This document shows, piece by piece, positions 40,101 through 54,880 of a stretch of DNA of 64,000 bases (the first letter of the stretch is position 1; each line of letters starts with the position of its first letter). Under the pieces are notes generated by a model that was not told where the DNA came from, did no database searches, and saw only the letters and a list, made by a program, of their open reading frames with translations. This DNA is from Octopus vulgaris. Lineage: Eukaryota. The translations under genes and the position numbers were made by a program. The stretch spans positions 83,080,001 through 83,144,000 of the forward strand of contig OX597814.1 of the NCBI GenBank assembly GCA_951406725.2. Direction: 5' to 3'.

Positions 40101-42249
40101 TTTCATTTCCTTCTAATCTGTTATGCTTCTTGATTGAGCAGAATATTTTTGCTCTATATTTTCTCTCAGTATACTTGAACTCGTGTTGATATTGGTACGT
40201 AATTCAGTACTGTACTTTTTTCTTTCTTTATGGATGTCTCTCTCTAAAATGTCTTGATAATTTTTCATTTGCTTTGTTTTCCTAAAAGAAGCACTCACAC
40301 ATTTTGGGATGGCTTATCTGCCACTACTTTACTAATTTGTTTTGAGTTACTCTCTCTTTTATTTCCTGATGTCTTCTTTTTCCAATTGATCTTATATTTT
40401 CTGATTATTTAGAGTTCTTTCCCTATTTTTTTATTAGACTATTCTCTTTCCACTTCACTGAGTAAAGATAAGTCTTCCTTTTGTTTTTCTTTATCTATTT
40501 TATAAAGTACTATCAGAAAACCACCCAGAAGGCAATATATCTTCTGGTGGTGGTGGTAGTAGTAGTAGTATCCCATTCTACTAATGGCACAAGGGCCTGA
40601 AATTTTGGGGTACGTTGCTGGTCAATTACATTGACCCCAGTGCTTAACTGGTACTTATTTTATTGTCCCCAAAAGGAAAAAAGGCAAAGATGACCTTGGT
40701 GGAATTTAAACTCAGAATGTAAAGTTGGAAGAAATACTGTAAAGCATTTTGTCCAGCATATTAACAATTATGCCAACTTGTGACCTTAATGCCAATTTTT
40801 AGTGATAACTGCCCATCAGAGCATAATGCACTTGATAAGTTACTAACAGAGTGACAAGTAAAATTATAATATATTTTCTTTCAACTTTCTTTTTATCAAT
40901 TTTAGCTGAAGGGCATCTTACTTTATTAGGATCAAGCCTGCTTTTTTTTTTTTTTTTGATGCTTGGCATCAAACAGTATGATAATCACCAATAAAATTAC
41001 TGTTTCAATCCAAGACAGGAACCTCTCTATATGGTTACTGATAGCTACTGAGTATCAGCATGTTGATATTCAGTTCCTTTCTTTAATATTTTACACTATG
41101 TTTGATGAAGAATTTCATCATTGGTTACAGATTTCCAATGGAATAATCATTGATTCAATGCCTTTCTGATGGTGAGAATGACAAAGGAATGTTTGTGTAA
41201 CTTGGCAGTGGTGATGGTGATGAGGCAGGGAACAAATATCACACAAAATATTTTTTATTTGAAAAAGCTGGTTTAACAGTTTTCCCAATGTTGTTTACAA
41301 CTTTCACTGATATACAACAGCAAAAGATATGCACCTAGACTTATAAGATTTTCAGCTTCATTTTGGATTTTGTATGTTCTTTTTCTTTTTACAATCATTC
41401 CTTATTTTGTCTTGCTATTTTCATTGTGTTTTGAGGGTGCTTTATAGTATGTGGTTAGTGTTTGTTTTTGTTGTGCTATTTTCTTTCCTTTTTGGAGATT
41501 TGTGTTCTGTGTGTGGTAAATTCTATTGTGGCAAGTTATCTTATTTCTATATGAGATCATTTGTTTTGTTATATCTTTAGCTTAGAATTATTTCTATGAG
41601 TTTTTCTGTTTAAGGTTTCTGGGATAATTTTATTGTTTAATATTAATTAATCCCTGCATACATTTACTAGTGTCTTTGTATGTTTGAATTATAGCTTTGT
41701 TTTATGGTCCACCTCATCTATGGTGCATCTGTTTGTATTAGTTGAAATACACACACACAGTATTGTTCTTTGTAATATCTATTTTATTTTGGTGAATGCT
41801 AGCAGTGCAAGACAATCCTTTTGTTGAGTGATAACTTTTGAGAGGATACAGCTTCTAATGCACACTTTGCATTAACTTACCCACCTTAAACTCACATTAC
41901 AACATGCATCATAAATCCTGGACTGGTAGATATTGCTGATCTGTTTTAAATGACATTAGGTCATTTTGTTTTGTTTGTGTCCTATTGCTTATTTGTTTCT
42001 TATCATTACACTTTGTTGTATGATATTTAAACAATATATTTTGTATATAATAATGACATGTAAGACATAAAGGAAACATCTGCTGTACTTATTGGGGATT
42101 TGCTTAGCATCTTCTTAGTTTGATACTTTTGATCTTGGGTTTTGTAATTGTTATAAGATTTATATCTGTTTTCATGACAAGTTGGGTTTCTACATCCATA
42201 TTCTTATTTGATAAGAGCCAGTTCCTCCTCTTCCTCCTTCTCCTAGAAG

Positions 42250-43500
42250 TTGGGGGCTAACAATTGTTAGAGCATCAGACAAAATGCCTTGCAGTGTTTA
42301 TTCCAGTTATTTTTTTAGTTCAACAGTCAACTCCTGCCAAGTTCAGGACTTGACCTTGGTCGATAAAATAAAGTACCAGTCAAGTAATGATGTCCAACAT
42401 GCTATCAGTGGTACCAACTTAACAACATAATCATGTCAGTTCCCATCATTATAAGTAATATTTTTCAGTAGTTTTATTATATTTAAATATAAAAAATCCA
42501 AATACTCAATGGGATTTGAACCATTTGCATTCTGAACTCAAATCCCATCATGGTCAGTTTTGCCTTTCATCCCTTGGAGTTGATAAAATAATGTGCTAAT
42601 CATGTACTGGGGTCAATATTATTTACTAACCCCTTCCATTCAAAAACTGTTGGCCTTGTGCCTAAATTAGAAACCATTATTAAAAAGATGGTAGTAAACT
42701 GGCAGAATCCTTAAAGTGTTTGAAAAGTTAATGAGAAAGTTAGGCAAAATGGCTGTGTCTATCTGGTCACGGTGTGCACTACCCTGATCTGGAAGCCATC
42801 AAATCAGTCTTGTGGAACCCACTTCATGGTGATGTAAGAAGAGGAAAACATCATCACACATCGACAATTTGATCACAGACACTATCCTGGAATGTATCCA
42901 GAGCCTTGAAGTAGTGGTGTTGGACTGAGAAGTGTGGTAGGTGGACTTTGTTGCTGTGACCTGGGTTGGAAACTGGCTATAAGGGAAAAAAAAATATTGT
43001 TCAGGTTCTTTAAGTTCTGTATTAAAATCTCACCAAGGTCAGTTTTACCTTGCATCCTTTCAGGATTGATAAAATACTAGTCAAGTACTGGGTTAATGTA
43101 TTGACTACTCGCCTCCTCAAAAATTACTAACCTTGTGCTTGTCGGACAAAATACTTTGCAATATTTGTTGTGACTCTTTACATTCTGACTTCAAATTTCG
43201 CAGGGTGAACTTTTCCTTTTTATCCCTTCGGGGTTGATAAAATAAAGTACCTGTCAAGTGTTAGAGTCAATAGAATCGACTTACCCCTTCCCCAAATTTC
43301 AGGCCTCGTGCCTATATGAGAAAATTGTTGTTGTTGTTGTTGTTAATGATGATAATAATAATAAGAAGAAGAAGAACAGTGAGCTAGCAAAATTGTCTGG
43401 GTTTCAGAATAAAGGAATAGTAGCATTTTTCTCAAATGTTTACATTCTAAGTTTCAAATTAAAGTACATCAAGTACTGTAATTAACATCCCTTCCTACCA
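42250..43500 (+). mobile_element. Cluster of 4-5 same-orientation SINE copies of one family
   Basis: Recurrent ttcaaat...ttgcctttcatccttt.ggggttgataaaata.agtacc; other copies at about 1455, 10030, 10330, 17555, 37200, 40575 and 58320. Confidence 0.75.
42745..42985 (+). pseudogene. 3' fragment of a third RTE-like LINE
   Basis: VLWNPLHGDVRRGK....IDNLITDT resembles LW.P.HG.R.RGRP..TYID.L..DT. Confidence 0.5.
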
Positions 43501-43666
43501 GTTTTGAGACAGGTATTTGTATTGTGCAAATATTGCTAATGTCACATATGTGTAAGAGTTTTAAAAACATGTTTGAAACAGATAATTCCTCTACTCAAAG
43601 TAATGGGATAAACATCCATTTATTCTGAAGTGAACATTAACAAACATGCCTCTTAACTTAAATATA

Positions 43667-44529
43667 CGAGGTCTGATTAATAAGTATCCGGACTGTTGCC
43701 ATTGTAACAAAGCTAAAGCACACAGTGAAGTTGCTTGGCACAAATTGACCTCGAACTCTGCTGTGCATGCACACTAAGTTTTAACATTCTAGCTCACTTC
43801 CACTGTTTACAGCAGAGCTTCAAAGAAAGGTGTGTAGCATGTGATCATCGCATTGACCATGACAGAGAAAGTTGTCGTGGCAATACCTGCTCAGAGGCTA
43901 ATGGAAAGTTGCAGAAAGTGTATGGAGAGAAGTGTATGAACCACACACAAGTGTACAAGTGGCTCAGACGTTTCCAAGATGGCCAAAAAAATGTTGTCTG
44001 GGAGACCTGCAACCAGTAGAACTGAGAAAAACATTGCAGACATGCATGTATCTCTGAGATGAAAATCATCAAATCACAATCCGTGTGTTATCAGAGGATG
44101 TGCAGATTAGTTACGGTTCAGTTCAGACCATTATCACTGAAGATTTGGGTATGAGATGTTTGTCTGCCAAGTTTGTACCAAAACTGCTTTCAGCTGAGCA
44201 AAGAGACACTTGGGTTTCAGTTGCATGAGATCTTCTTGATTGTGTTGAGAATGATGAAAACTTTGCATAGGCCTCTGAGCAAGTATTGCCAAGCTTTTGG
44301 TAAAATTTGATGCAGATTTTCTTTTCAACTTTCTTTGTCATGGTCAATGTGACAATCACATGGTACACACCTTCCTTCCAAGCACTGCTGTAAAAAGTGA
44401 GCTAGAACATTAAAACTTAGTGCACATGCACAGCAGAGTTCAAGGTCAATCTGTGTCCAGCAGCTTTACTCTGTGTGCTTTAGCTTTGTTACTACAGCAA
44501 CAGCCTGGATACTTATAGATCAGACCATG
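43667..44529 (+). mobile_element. Mariner-family fold-back derivative with TA target duplication
   Basis: TA|cgaggtctgattaataagtatccggac ... ggatacttatagatcagaccatg|TA; transposase N-terminus (VYGEKCM..TQVYKW.RRF..G; AKFVPKLL) and an inverted copy of the 5' end; no DD34D domain. Confidence 0.9.
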
Positions 44530-44689
44530 TACTCATACACTAAACTATTTATTAAACATTCTTAGATACAACTGCAAAAAAAAGGGGGAAAAGAAAAATA
44601 ATTTAAATAATTTCAATTAAAAATAATCTAATTAAAAACATGCAAAAGTGCATCTCCCTATCAGGTATAAGCACACAATGTGTACTTGG

Positions 44690-45640
44690 CCAACCTGACA
44701 AGCTACACTGATGACACAAAAATATTGGTCGCTATCCAAACTTCAGAAGATGCTATTACATTTCAAAAGGAGTTAACCCTCATTTATCAATGAGCAGATG
44801 AAAATATGAAATTTAATACATCAAAATTAAAGGTTCTGTATTATGGAGGGAATACACACGTCACATTATTTGACACCAGATAACACAATGATTCATTGTG
44901 CTAGTGTCAGATGATGCATCTTTCATCAACCACATCACCAAATTGACCTCTAAATGCTGACATCTCATGAGATGGATCCTGTGAACCTTTGTGATAAGAG
45001 AACTGGTTGTTATGCTGACTCTATGGAAAACTTTAGTCCTGAGCAGATTAGATTACTGCTCCCATCTTGTTTCATAGTAGAGATTGAAGGATTACAAAGA
45101 ACATTCACCTGTAAAATGACTTAAGTTAAATGTCTTAATTACTAGGAACATTTGAAAGCTCTGCATCTCTACTTTCTTGAATGCTGAAGTGGGAGACATT
45201 TTATCATATATGTATAGGAAATCCTGGAGGAGCATGTTCCAAGCTTTTGTATTAGAGAGAATTTTAATGCACAGACTGGGAGATACTGTCATCTTCTAAA
45301 TATAGCACCTTTGGAATCACAAACAAAAACACTCTATTGTACCAGTCTGATATTCAGAGGTCCTCAATTGTTTAACTGCCTACCTAAAGAAATCAGAAAT
45401 ATAAAAGAGACCTCTACTGAAACATTCAAAAAAGCATTGCATAAATTCTTAACAATGATACTGACCAATCAAACATTCAAAGATACACTCAGGGAAAATC
45501 AGTTGCTATGAACTCAATCATAGATCAACCTCCAGCCATAAAGCGACAACAAAACTGAAAGAAAATAAAGTAAGGTGTTGCTCCAGCATGGTTGCAGTCC
45601 TACAATTGAAACTACTAAATGAATAAAAGAATAAAAGATT
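44690..45640 (+). pseudogene. Decayed CR1-clade LINE with 3' tail
   Basis: SYTDDTK, LSRLDYCS, FRGPQLFNCLPKEIRN; tail gctccagcatggttgcagtcc...taaaagaataaaaga. Confidence 0.8.
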
Positions 45641-45764
45641 TAAACAACAGTTATTAATTTCATGTTTATTTGTGTGGATTCTAATATTGACCTGTGAAAT
45701 CAGAAGTAGAAAATGATCGACGCATTTAGCAATGCAATGGTGTAGCACGAGTTTATATCCCAAA

Positions 45765-47950
45765 ACCACTAGACCTAGTAGAATTGCAGTGCATTGTGTA
45801 TTCTAATAGATAATATATTCACAACCATTATGGTAGACATTTTCAGTAGGCAGGCTACTATTGGTTATCATTAGTGACCATTTGCCTGTTTTGTAGTATA
45901 TGACTGTAAATATGGGAAGGTTAAAGATGCCAATAATTTTGAATGCAAAAGAATAAGAACAAAGGAATCTATGGATGCTTTCATAGCAAAATTAGGAAAT
46001 TGTATATGCAGAAGTTATTGACAATGCATTTAAAACATTCTATTTCGCAGTTAAACCTCTATATTACAAAAATTAAACAATACAATAGAAAAACTTATAC
46101 AGACAATCTATGGATCACAATGAGATCTCATAATGCCATCAAAAAGAAAGATGCACCATATAAAGTATACATAAAATGTAGAACTATAGATGCTGAGAAA
46201 TATTTAAAACATAAATGCTAACTCATATCATAAGGATATGTAAGAAGGACTATTATAATAACATAGAGATAAGTAAAAATAACATTAAAGCAGTATGGTG
46301 TGTGTTATGCAGCATTGCTAGAAATAGGTCTCAAAATTCAAGTTAACTTTTATTTTATTGATAGTGATAAAACCATAAATAATATGGCAGTTGATTTTGA
46401 TCACTTCTTTATAAATGTGGGACGAAGATTGCCAGAAAAGAAATCAATGTTCCAGACACAACCAAAGAGAAAAGTGATAACGATAATGGGGATAGAAATC
46501 TAAGTTCAATTTTATTAAGGCAGTAGAAGAAACAGAAATAACAGGCATTGGCAGCAAATATAAAACATTCTACTGACAGGAATGAAATTGATATAACAAC
46601 ACTTAAGTAAGTTACTGAAGGAATTTCAAAACCTTGTTGGTTGTCCTTTCAAACTAGTATATTTCTGTGCAAAATAAAAATGGTGAAAGTTTTACCATTA
46701 TATAAAATTGTAAATGAACACCATTTTACAAATTACTTGTTGGTTTGTCTACTTTGCCTATTCTGCATGATATTGGAAAAACTTTTACTGAGAAAATAGA
46801 GAAAGTCATTGACATCACAATTGCCGACAGACAGTTTGTATGTATTCAGAGCAAACAGATCAACCTCTTTTGTATGAATTGAATTAATTGAAGTTACTAA
46901 TTGTACAGAAAAAAATATGTATGCAGTAGGAGTAAACCTTTTGATCTCACAATATATCTTATTCAATGGAAAGATATAGTTTTAGAGGGATTGGGCTTTT
47001 GCGAAGTTGTTTATGAAGCAGACAACATACATGGATATTATTTGTGGAATACTTCAGGTGTTAGTATGAGGTCTACAATTATTCATTTTGAAGATAAATA
47101 ATATATGCAGTGTATCAAAAATACAGAAATTTGTATATTTGCAGATGACACAAATATTTCCATGGTAAAATTTACAACTTTTAGAGATAGTTACAAAAGA
47201 AATGAAAACATTTAAATGGTGGTTTAACTATTGTTAAATTTGAACAAATCAAATATATTGTTTGGAAATTCTAAAATAAACACTCAATTACAAACTATGA
47301 TAGACACTGTCAATATAGAGAAAGTACGTGAAAATTGAAATCAACTTTAATATTAGACCATAAAATCTGCTGGAAACATTTAAAATAGGTGAAGAAAGAT
47401 GACCTGCTTTAGGAAAAACTGGACACACTCTGAATCTTAAAGTGTTACAGACAATGTATTATTTATTTGTATTTCTGTATCTTAATTAATACATAGAAGT
47501 ATGGGGCAACACCTATTAAAGCCATTAGGTATACTATGTAAAGAGCCATAAGAATAGTTAACAGTGTAGATTTCAAGAATACCAACACAATGTTTTAACT
47601 CTTTAGCATTCAGATTATGCTGTCAAATGTAATGCTTATTTATTCACATTGTTTTGAACCAATCATACATTATATTGTAGTTTTGAGATGTTGATAATGT
47701 GATTGTTTATTTTCTGAATGATATTGTAGGATGGGTGCAAGAGGCCAGATCTGGCTAGTTTGAACATAAAACTGGTAGAATATTTTGACCTGAATATTTT
47801 GGTAGAATATTTTGGTCAGTTTAAATGCTACAGGATTAAAGTTACAGATCTTGAAGTTCAAGCATTTTATAGAATTTAACACAATAATGTTGAAAGCAAG
47901 AAATAATTTACTAGTGAGCAAGTAATATCGAAAGAAAGTTTAATCTGAAA
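45765..47950 (+). pseudogene. Decayed L2/CR1-group LINE (endonuclease end through RT)
   Basis: RPSRI, LIDNIFT, ISDHLPV, WIT, VLPLYK, FADDTNI, EVWGNT in the expected order. Confidence 0.75.
47595..47839 (-). mobile_element. TTAA MITE nested in the LINE
   Basis: ttaactctttagcattcag...aatgctacaggattaa; homologous to 17865-18078. Confidence 0.75.
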
Positions 47951-50900
47951 CTTTCTATTTGTACCATTGAGAAGAGTACTAGAATACCTGCTTTATAGAA
48001 GTATTGCATTCCTAAAAATCTTGCTGTAATGTTTCATACTGTGAAACATATTTCCCACTTGATCTCCATATAACATGAAAATTCATGTGACAGCAAGATT
48101 TTCTGAACTGCAATATTACCATGAGGTCTGTATGTATATTTTAGTTTGTGATGGTTAATATGTTGTTTGACAGTGAAATTATAACAAAGTATTAACATTA
48201 TTTTTGGACATTTGGGTTTTACATAGAATTGGGATAGCAGTGTGTGTGTGTATTAATGAATGAGTATTTGAAATGATGGTAGAAATATGTTTATACTTCT
48301 TCCTATTTCTTTTTTCACCACCAATATTTGATTTCCTTATTTATAAAAATTTATTATTTTGTTGTATAAGTCATTGATGTTTTCATTTTATTGTTTTGTT
48401 TTTGTATTTATTTTAAGTATTTGTTTTTTATATATTCAAAATAAAATGGAAAGCTATTAATGATAAACATAAGGCAAAAGAGAAAAAAACGTTGCCAAAA
48501 CAAAAATTTTATGACAATAAGAAAAGTCTCTACAACCACACAATTCATCTTTTGCTACTGTTGTGAGCTAAAAAGAGCTCCTAAAAATAAGTCAATTGCA
48601 GGTAAATGAAAAAGTGTAGAAGATATATTACAAAAGCGAGTACCTCCTTGCCCAAGGAATTGAAATATGAAAAGGCAGCAAAGACAGTGAAATTTCTCTG
48701 TCATGTAGTGTTATTCTTTACAAAATTCACGATTTTATATTTATTGTAAGAAATTATTGCTGATTTCATAAGGATACATTTATATCTTTCTGCTTAGAAT
48801 CATTAGCCAGCCCATAAGTTGTATATGTAGATGTGTGCTTTGTCTAAGTTTCTACTTATTTGTGAATAGTCATTGTATATGAATACTTGTCTGTCTATGT
48901 TTTTGTTGTTTAGCTTCAGATTAAATGTTATTGATCAGACCTATGATTAAAAGTATTTCAGTAAAGGACATTCCATCTTATTAGAAGTGTATACATAGGT
49001 CTACATTATCCATTGTGTCTTTTCCTTTAAGATAATGATTTGAGGGTGATTTTGTTGCTATTTCTAGCAGGTAAAGTGACCTAGTAGAAAATACTTTTGA
49101 TGTGTATGCATTTATGTGTGGGAAACTATGCTTGAGGGATTTGTATATAAATACTACCTTTTGTAAAATATGAACGCTTTCAATAAGCAGAGATAAGTAA
49201 CCTCTGGTACTTGAGCAGCATATGGTTCTAGTGTTGTACATGGCTACAAGTAGAAATTTCAAGATGTTTATAATGTGTTGCAAAAAGAAATATGAAATGT
49301 GTATATTCTGTACACCTTCTTTAATCTTTAGTTTAAATTTCAAACTTCCAACTCTGCCTCAGCTTAACTTAATCTAGGTATTATCTCCCCTATGATAGCT
49401 GTCTACCTAGTGTACACTACATATTTTACTGAAAATTTATAACACAATCTGTTGGTTTAATTCTGTTAATTTGAGCAATTTTGTTTGTTTCTTTCCCTGC
49501 CATTTACTAACTTGCTGTCAAATACTTTTTTTTTAATGATTTACTTAGTTTTCTATATGGTGTACTATGTATACTGTTTGTTAATTATTATTTTAGTGGT
49601 GTGGCCAACAGATTATGGTTACTCATGTCTGTTTTAATGTTGCTCTTTTGAGAATGCTATTTTTGTTTAATACCAAGATCTACACTAAGGTTAGTCACTT
49701 CAGTTAGTCTGTGAGTTTTGGTTTTCTTTTGGTGTTAATTCAATTAGTAATTAACTCCCTATAATAATAATTGTCTAAACTTTTAACCTCATCTTTAAAG
49801 ATGAAGCATTTTTGAATAGTTACATCTATGCAATGTTTTAATGAGAGATAATATGAGTTATATGAATGGTTCATTTCTAATGATGTGGAACTAGTGTAAA
49901 AAAAAATTATAATTTTATTAACAATAACTCAGTCAAAAAGTTAAACACGTAATTAAATCCTTGTTTGTATATATATTTTCATCTCCTAAAGGCTAGCTTC
50001 ATTATTTTTATATTTAAATATCATTTTTATTCACTAGAAATATTCAGCTGTCTTCATTGTTGTCAATAGACACAGCTAATGGCTACTATGTTTCAAGTTT
50101 GGCATTCTGCCAGGAAGCAGTTTATTGTCTCGTGTTGATTTCTATTCATAATTTAATTTTTTTATTTTTGGTATTAATTTGAACACAACTTATATCAAAT
50201 GAAAAATGAAACAATCATGTAGCCATTTACCAAAATACTGAAATGTTCAACCATAAACAGTATGCATCAGAACAGTAATTGTCACAGGCTGACAAAGTGT
50301 ATCTTGCCAACGTCTGGTCTGTGCACTAACAGACTTTATAGGTGTCTCTATGCAGTCACTCAATGGTTTAAATAAGAAAAGAAAAAAAAAAAAAGAAAAC
50401 ATGTTGGACAACCTAGTCTTAGATATACAAAGAAATGAATTGTTCATGTTTGGAAAGCCACTGTATCAGACCTGATATGGAGCTAATCAAGAACAGGTGT
50501 ACAGAAATTGACTGGAAAGCAGAGTGTAAAACATATCCCAACTACAACACTGTTTCTCTTATATGATTAACTTCTGCATGTTAAAGTGCACCTGTTGAAT
50601 CTCAGCTAGGTGGAGGCAGGGTTTACCTAAAATAGTAGGTCTACAGGCTGGCCTATTCATTTGAGTAACTCCCTATATGCCATAGATCTGTAGATATACC
50701 AGATTGTGCATTCTGCAAGCATGAATCTGTAGACAGTTGAAAGGTTAATGACAGGAACAGATATCTTTATAGCTGCAGTTGAAGATCAAATCTTGAAAAC
50801 CTTGAATATTACATTATTATGTTTACCAATAAATTCTCAGTTCAAACCGAAAAATATTTTGCTTGTACACAGATAAGGAAAATAGTTTTAAAATTTTCAA

Positions 50901-51420
50901 AGCTAAAGATTGGCAAATTGCACACAAATATATTGAAAGTGTACATTAAAAGGACAGTAAAAAAAAGTAATGTTTTTAGCCTAAGATGACTTCCCAAACA
51001 TAAATCAGGCTAAAATTAATTAGCTGTTTGATATAAACTGCTTAAAAGACTTTACAAGTCCCATAGCAACCATTTGTTTACTTCTAACCTAACTATATTG
51101 CTAATAATAAAAGATCCTAGATCCTATTATTCTCTTAGATTAATGTCCTCCAATTATCTAGCATTCATCTTAATTGATGTCATAAGTTTATTTTTAATTT
51201 ATGTGTATACTCTTTGAATCTACTTCATACCAAAATTTCTTTTATCAAACTCTACCTAAACAACTTTTGATAATTAACCTTTGGCATTTTTATAGTTCAC
51301 TTCAACAAAGTACGCATTCTCAGTAAGTTCCAAATAAATAACATTTTCTAAGAGTAGTGGAACTGTACATATTTTTAAGTAGCATACTTATTTCTAGATA
51401 AACTTACTGTTACTACCATA

Positions 51421-51686
51421 ATACACTGGTGTGATAGGCATGAAGTCCAAAATTTTCAAAGGAATAGAAATTGAGAACTGTGATCTTTGTGTTTCCCAAG
51501 AGGATTAGTAGCACAAATGAAGTGAAATTGGCTTAACATTACTATTTTACTGCCGTGATCTAACAGTTAAGATACACTGGTGTGATAGGCATGAAGGAGA
51601 AGATTTTCAAAGGAATGAAAATTGAGAATTGCGATGTTTATGTGTTTCCTATGAGCATTAGTAGTACAAGTGAAGTGAAATTAGCA
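51421..51686. repeat. Diverged tandem duplication, period 151 bp
   Basis: atacactggtgtgataggcatgaag at 51421 and 51572, with colinear downstream sequence. Confidence 0.9.
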
Positions 51687-53526
51687 TCTCTAGTGTCTCA
51701 AAACTAAATCAAAAACTTAAATTGCAGTGATCTTACCAGCTTTCTACAATGTTAGCTGCAATAATAATAGTGGGGAAATCTGTTTCTGCAGGGGTAACAG
51801 ATGAAATAAAAGACAAGAATGTTCAGGGCTGTAATTTCTGTGAAAGAGGTTTACCTATCAAGTCTCTTTTTTCAAAAAATTAAGTCGATAATAGAAGCAT
51901 CTAAGTAGGTAGATCATTTTATATGGTAAGTCACTATTCTATAAAGTTCTATTATTACAGGTGTTATTCAAGACCTTTATCTATGCTCCTTCATTATTGC
52001 TCCTGACTTCAGTATAAAATAACCTATTATTTACACATTCTATACCTTTGTTACAGCTTCTCTTCTATATATGTTCAACTTATTTTCTTTTTTCGTTTTT
52101 TGTTACTGTTTAGTCTCAAATACAGGCATGGAATTGTGTAAACCAAGCTATTGATAACTGCAATAAAATCAATGAGAGGATATAAATGTAAGATTCCTAT
52201 TATGATATCAACAACTTTATACAAGGAAAACATTCTCCATCTCTCTGAATGGCAAAAATACAACAAGTTGGTAATGTGTCATTACAACTTGATAGCCTTA
52301 TAGTTGACTGCTGTGTATAAATACAGTAGTTCCCAGCTTTATTCACAATAGTTTTACTTGCATTTGTTAACTGAGCAACTTTCTGTGAAGATGTTACAAA
52401 TATGAAACTTGAAATCAGTGAATTCCCCTGCTCTTATGTATGTATTGAAAGCTATGTGGCTAGATAGTTAAAAGTTGTATAGAAAGGAAGGACTACAACT
52501 TGATGAGTCAAAGTGATTCTTAACTTAAACCAGTTATAGACTTTTGGTATTGATTTTTTCAGTTATGTATTATCATTTACTTGTTATATAAATGTTTCTT
52601 GTCAAATTGGTTTTTAGTATATCTTGCTGAATTATCTTTCTCATAACACTGATTCTTCTAATGTAATATTTTAATGAATGACTACTAAATCATTCTAAGT
52701 CATTGTAAATTATTTCTTATTTTCATCCTACTTCATTATCATTCCAGCTTAATATTTTAGTATCTGATATTCAAAAGAATTCCTAACTATAAAGCAATTT
52801 CACCAGCAAATTATACAAATTGAATTTTCAGAAATTTATGTATATTTTTTTTTTTTATTGTATTTGGAGAAACAAATGTAAAATGTTGAAAAGTAAAAAC
52901 AATAAGATTACTATTCTTTGCTGCTCTGTTTCAAACTCCTACATTAATCATACACTCATCAAATCATAGCACTGATGATATTGCTGAATCTAGAATAGAA
53001 GGAAATAATTTGTTCTAAATATGAAGAACTTTCTAGAAATCCTCTCTACTAATCAGCATTTTATCATTTTGGTATGTGGTTTCTACTTCAGTATACATTG
53101 TTCTCAGTGAAATCTATAACAAAATGTTTACTTACATGTCAACTAATGAATGATTTACTTATATATTTTTAGACAAATTTTACAGTACAAGTATGGATAG
53201 CCTTAATTTTTATTAGATTGTCTGATACCGTATTAACTGAGCTATCAACACTTTCCTTACAACCATGTAGACTAAACTAAACAACACTTTAAACTATTGT
53301 ATTTTTGTTGTTCTTCCTTTTTTTTTGCCTAAATTGTATTGAAAAAATCAATGATAGACATGATTATAGAAACACTAGGATTTACTGAAATGTGTTTGAA
53401 GGAGTGTAAACAAATTCTGGAGCACAGTGGCTCATTCACTATCTCTGGGTTCAATATTAGTGAGCTTCATCTATCCTGAGTAGAATTGAAACAGGTTTAT
53501 AGGTTCATTGTTTCAATTGAATTGCA

Positions 53527-53586
<60 letters not shown>

Positions 53587-53759
53587 TATCAAATTACAGA
53601 TAAAAGAAGTAGTTAAAAAAAGAGAATATCTTCCTCAGTTCACTCATCATTTGGTAGGCCTATCAAACTAGAAGATAAGACTGCTAGTTTAACATATGAA
53701 AATAGTTATTACTATTCACAATCATGATCCATTTTCATTTTGATGAATGGAAATTGCTT

Positions 53760-53809
53760 TAGGTTAATGTGAGCCTGTGATTTGGTTAGGTTAATGTGAG
53801 CCTGTGATT
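53760..53809. repeat. 27-bp tandem duplication
   Basis: taggttaatgtgagcctgtgatt x2. Confidence 0.9.
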
Positions 53810-54149
53810 CAACTATGCCAATTTCATGTTCCCTCACTCACATCTAGTCTGGTAAATCTGACTCAAAATTGTGGTAGGTCAATTCCTTTTAACATGCTCT
53901 CATTAATTTGGATATATTTCACTGATATAAATTTGTTACTAGTTCAAATATACATGAGACATATTCAAACCTATAACAAAGTTATTTGCAGTATTTTTTC
54001 ATGGAGAAAAATTCCTGCTGTAGACAAATAGGGGTAAATATATCAAATCAACTCAAAGCACTTCTACCCAAATCGATGGATGCATGCATTTTGGGATAGT
54101 TATTTGCTCTTCAGCATCAAACACTGGAAAGGGAGGTGCTACAAACTAA

Positions 54150-54880
54150 CAATGAAAGACAAGGTTTCTCTTATTCTGTTCAAGTCAAAATACTGTGACT
54201 GGTTGCTATAATCAGCAGCCTGGGCATAATATTTAACTGAAAACTTTTTACAATGTTTAGTATGTCTATAAAAGAAAAAAGATGTTATCACATACTGCAT
54301 ACTTTTCAAAGCATAATTAAAAATACGAAGGTAGGGTATCACTGATATGTGGAAAATATCCAATGAAATGGAGCACACTCTTGTTAGTCAGATAGCTGTT
54401 CCCTCTGTTGGTAACAGTGCCAAATGTATAATAAATTGTATGACATTTGTGTGTAATGTGTTATGCTGCATGGTTGCAAAATAAGGGCACTGAAATCAGA
54501 GTATGTGCAGAGACTAGACAGAAAGAAGGCCAGCATTCTCTGCTCAATGTAAAGAGTGTGCATGAATAATAGAAAAATAAACAAGTAAAAAGAAAAACTG
54601 GGTATATGAAGGATCAGATTTTGTGTGCAAAGTAAAAGACTGTGCTGACTTGAACATGATGCTTGAGGATGACCGTTAGATAATAAGTGTTCCAAGTAAA
54701 AGAAACATATGGACAAGAAAGACTGAGGTAGACTGAGGCCAAAGTGTTGAAAGGATGCTGAATCTCATGAAGGAGATGATGTTGAGCAACTGCAACATTT
54801 TACAATATGCTGTGCTGGAAAAACCCATCTAGCTCACATCATTATGGAAAAATAAATCAATTACAGAAATGATAATGATA
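54150..54880 (+). pseudogene. Very old RTE family A remnant
   Basis: cagagactagacagaaagaaggccagcatt and gtgtgcaaagtaaaagactgtgctg match the RTE ORF end; remnant of the tail. Confidence 0.5.

Noticed and set aside
41350-42210. Possible minus-strand LINE endonuclease remnant (LITITKPK)
   Set aside because: Only a single weak motif; too decayed to call.
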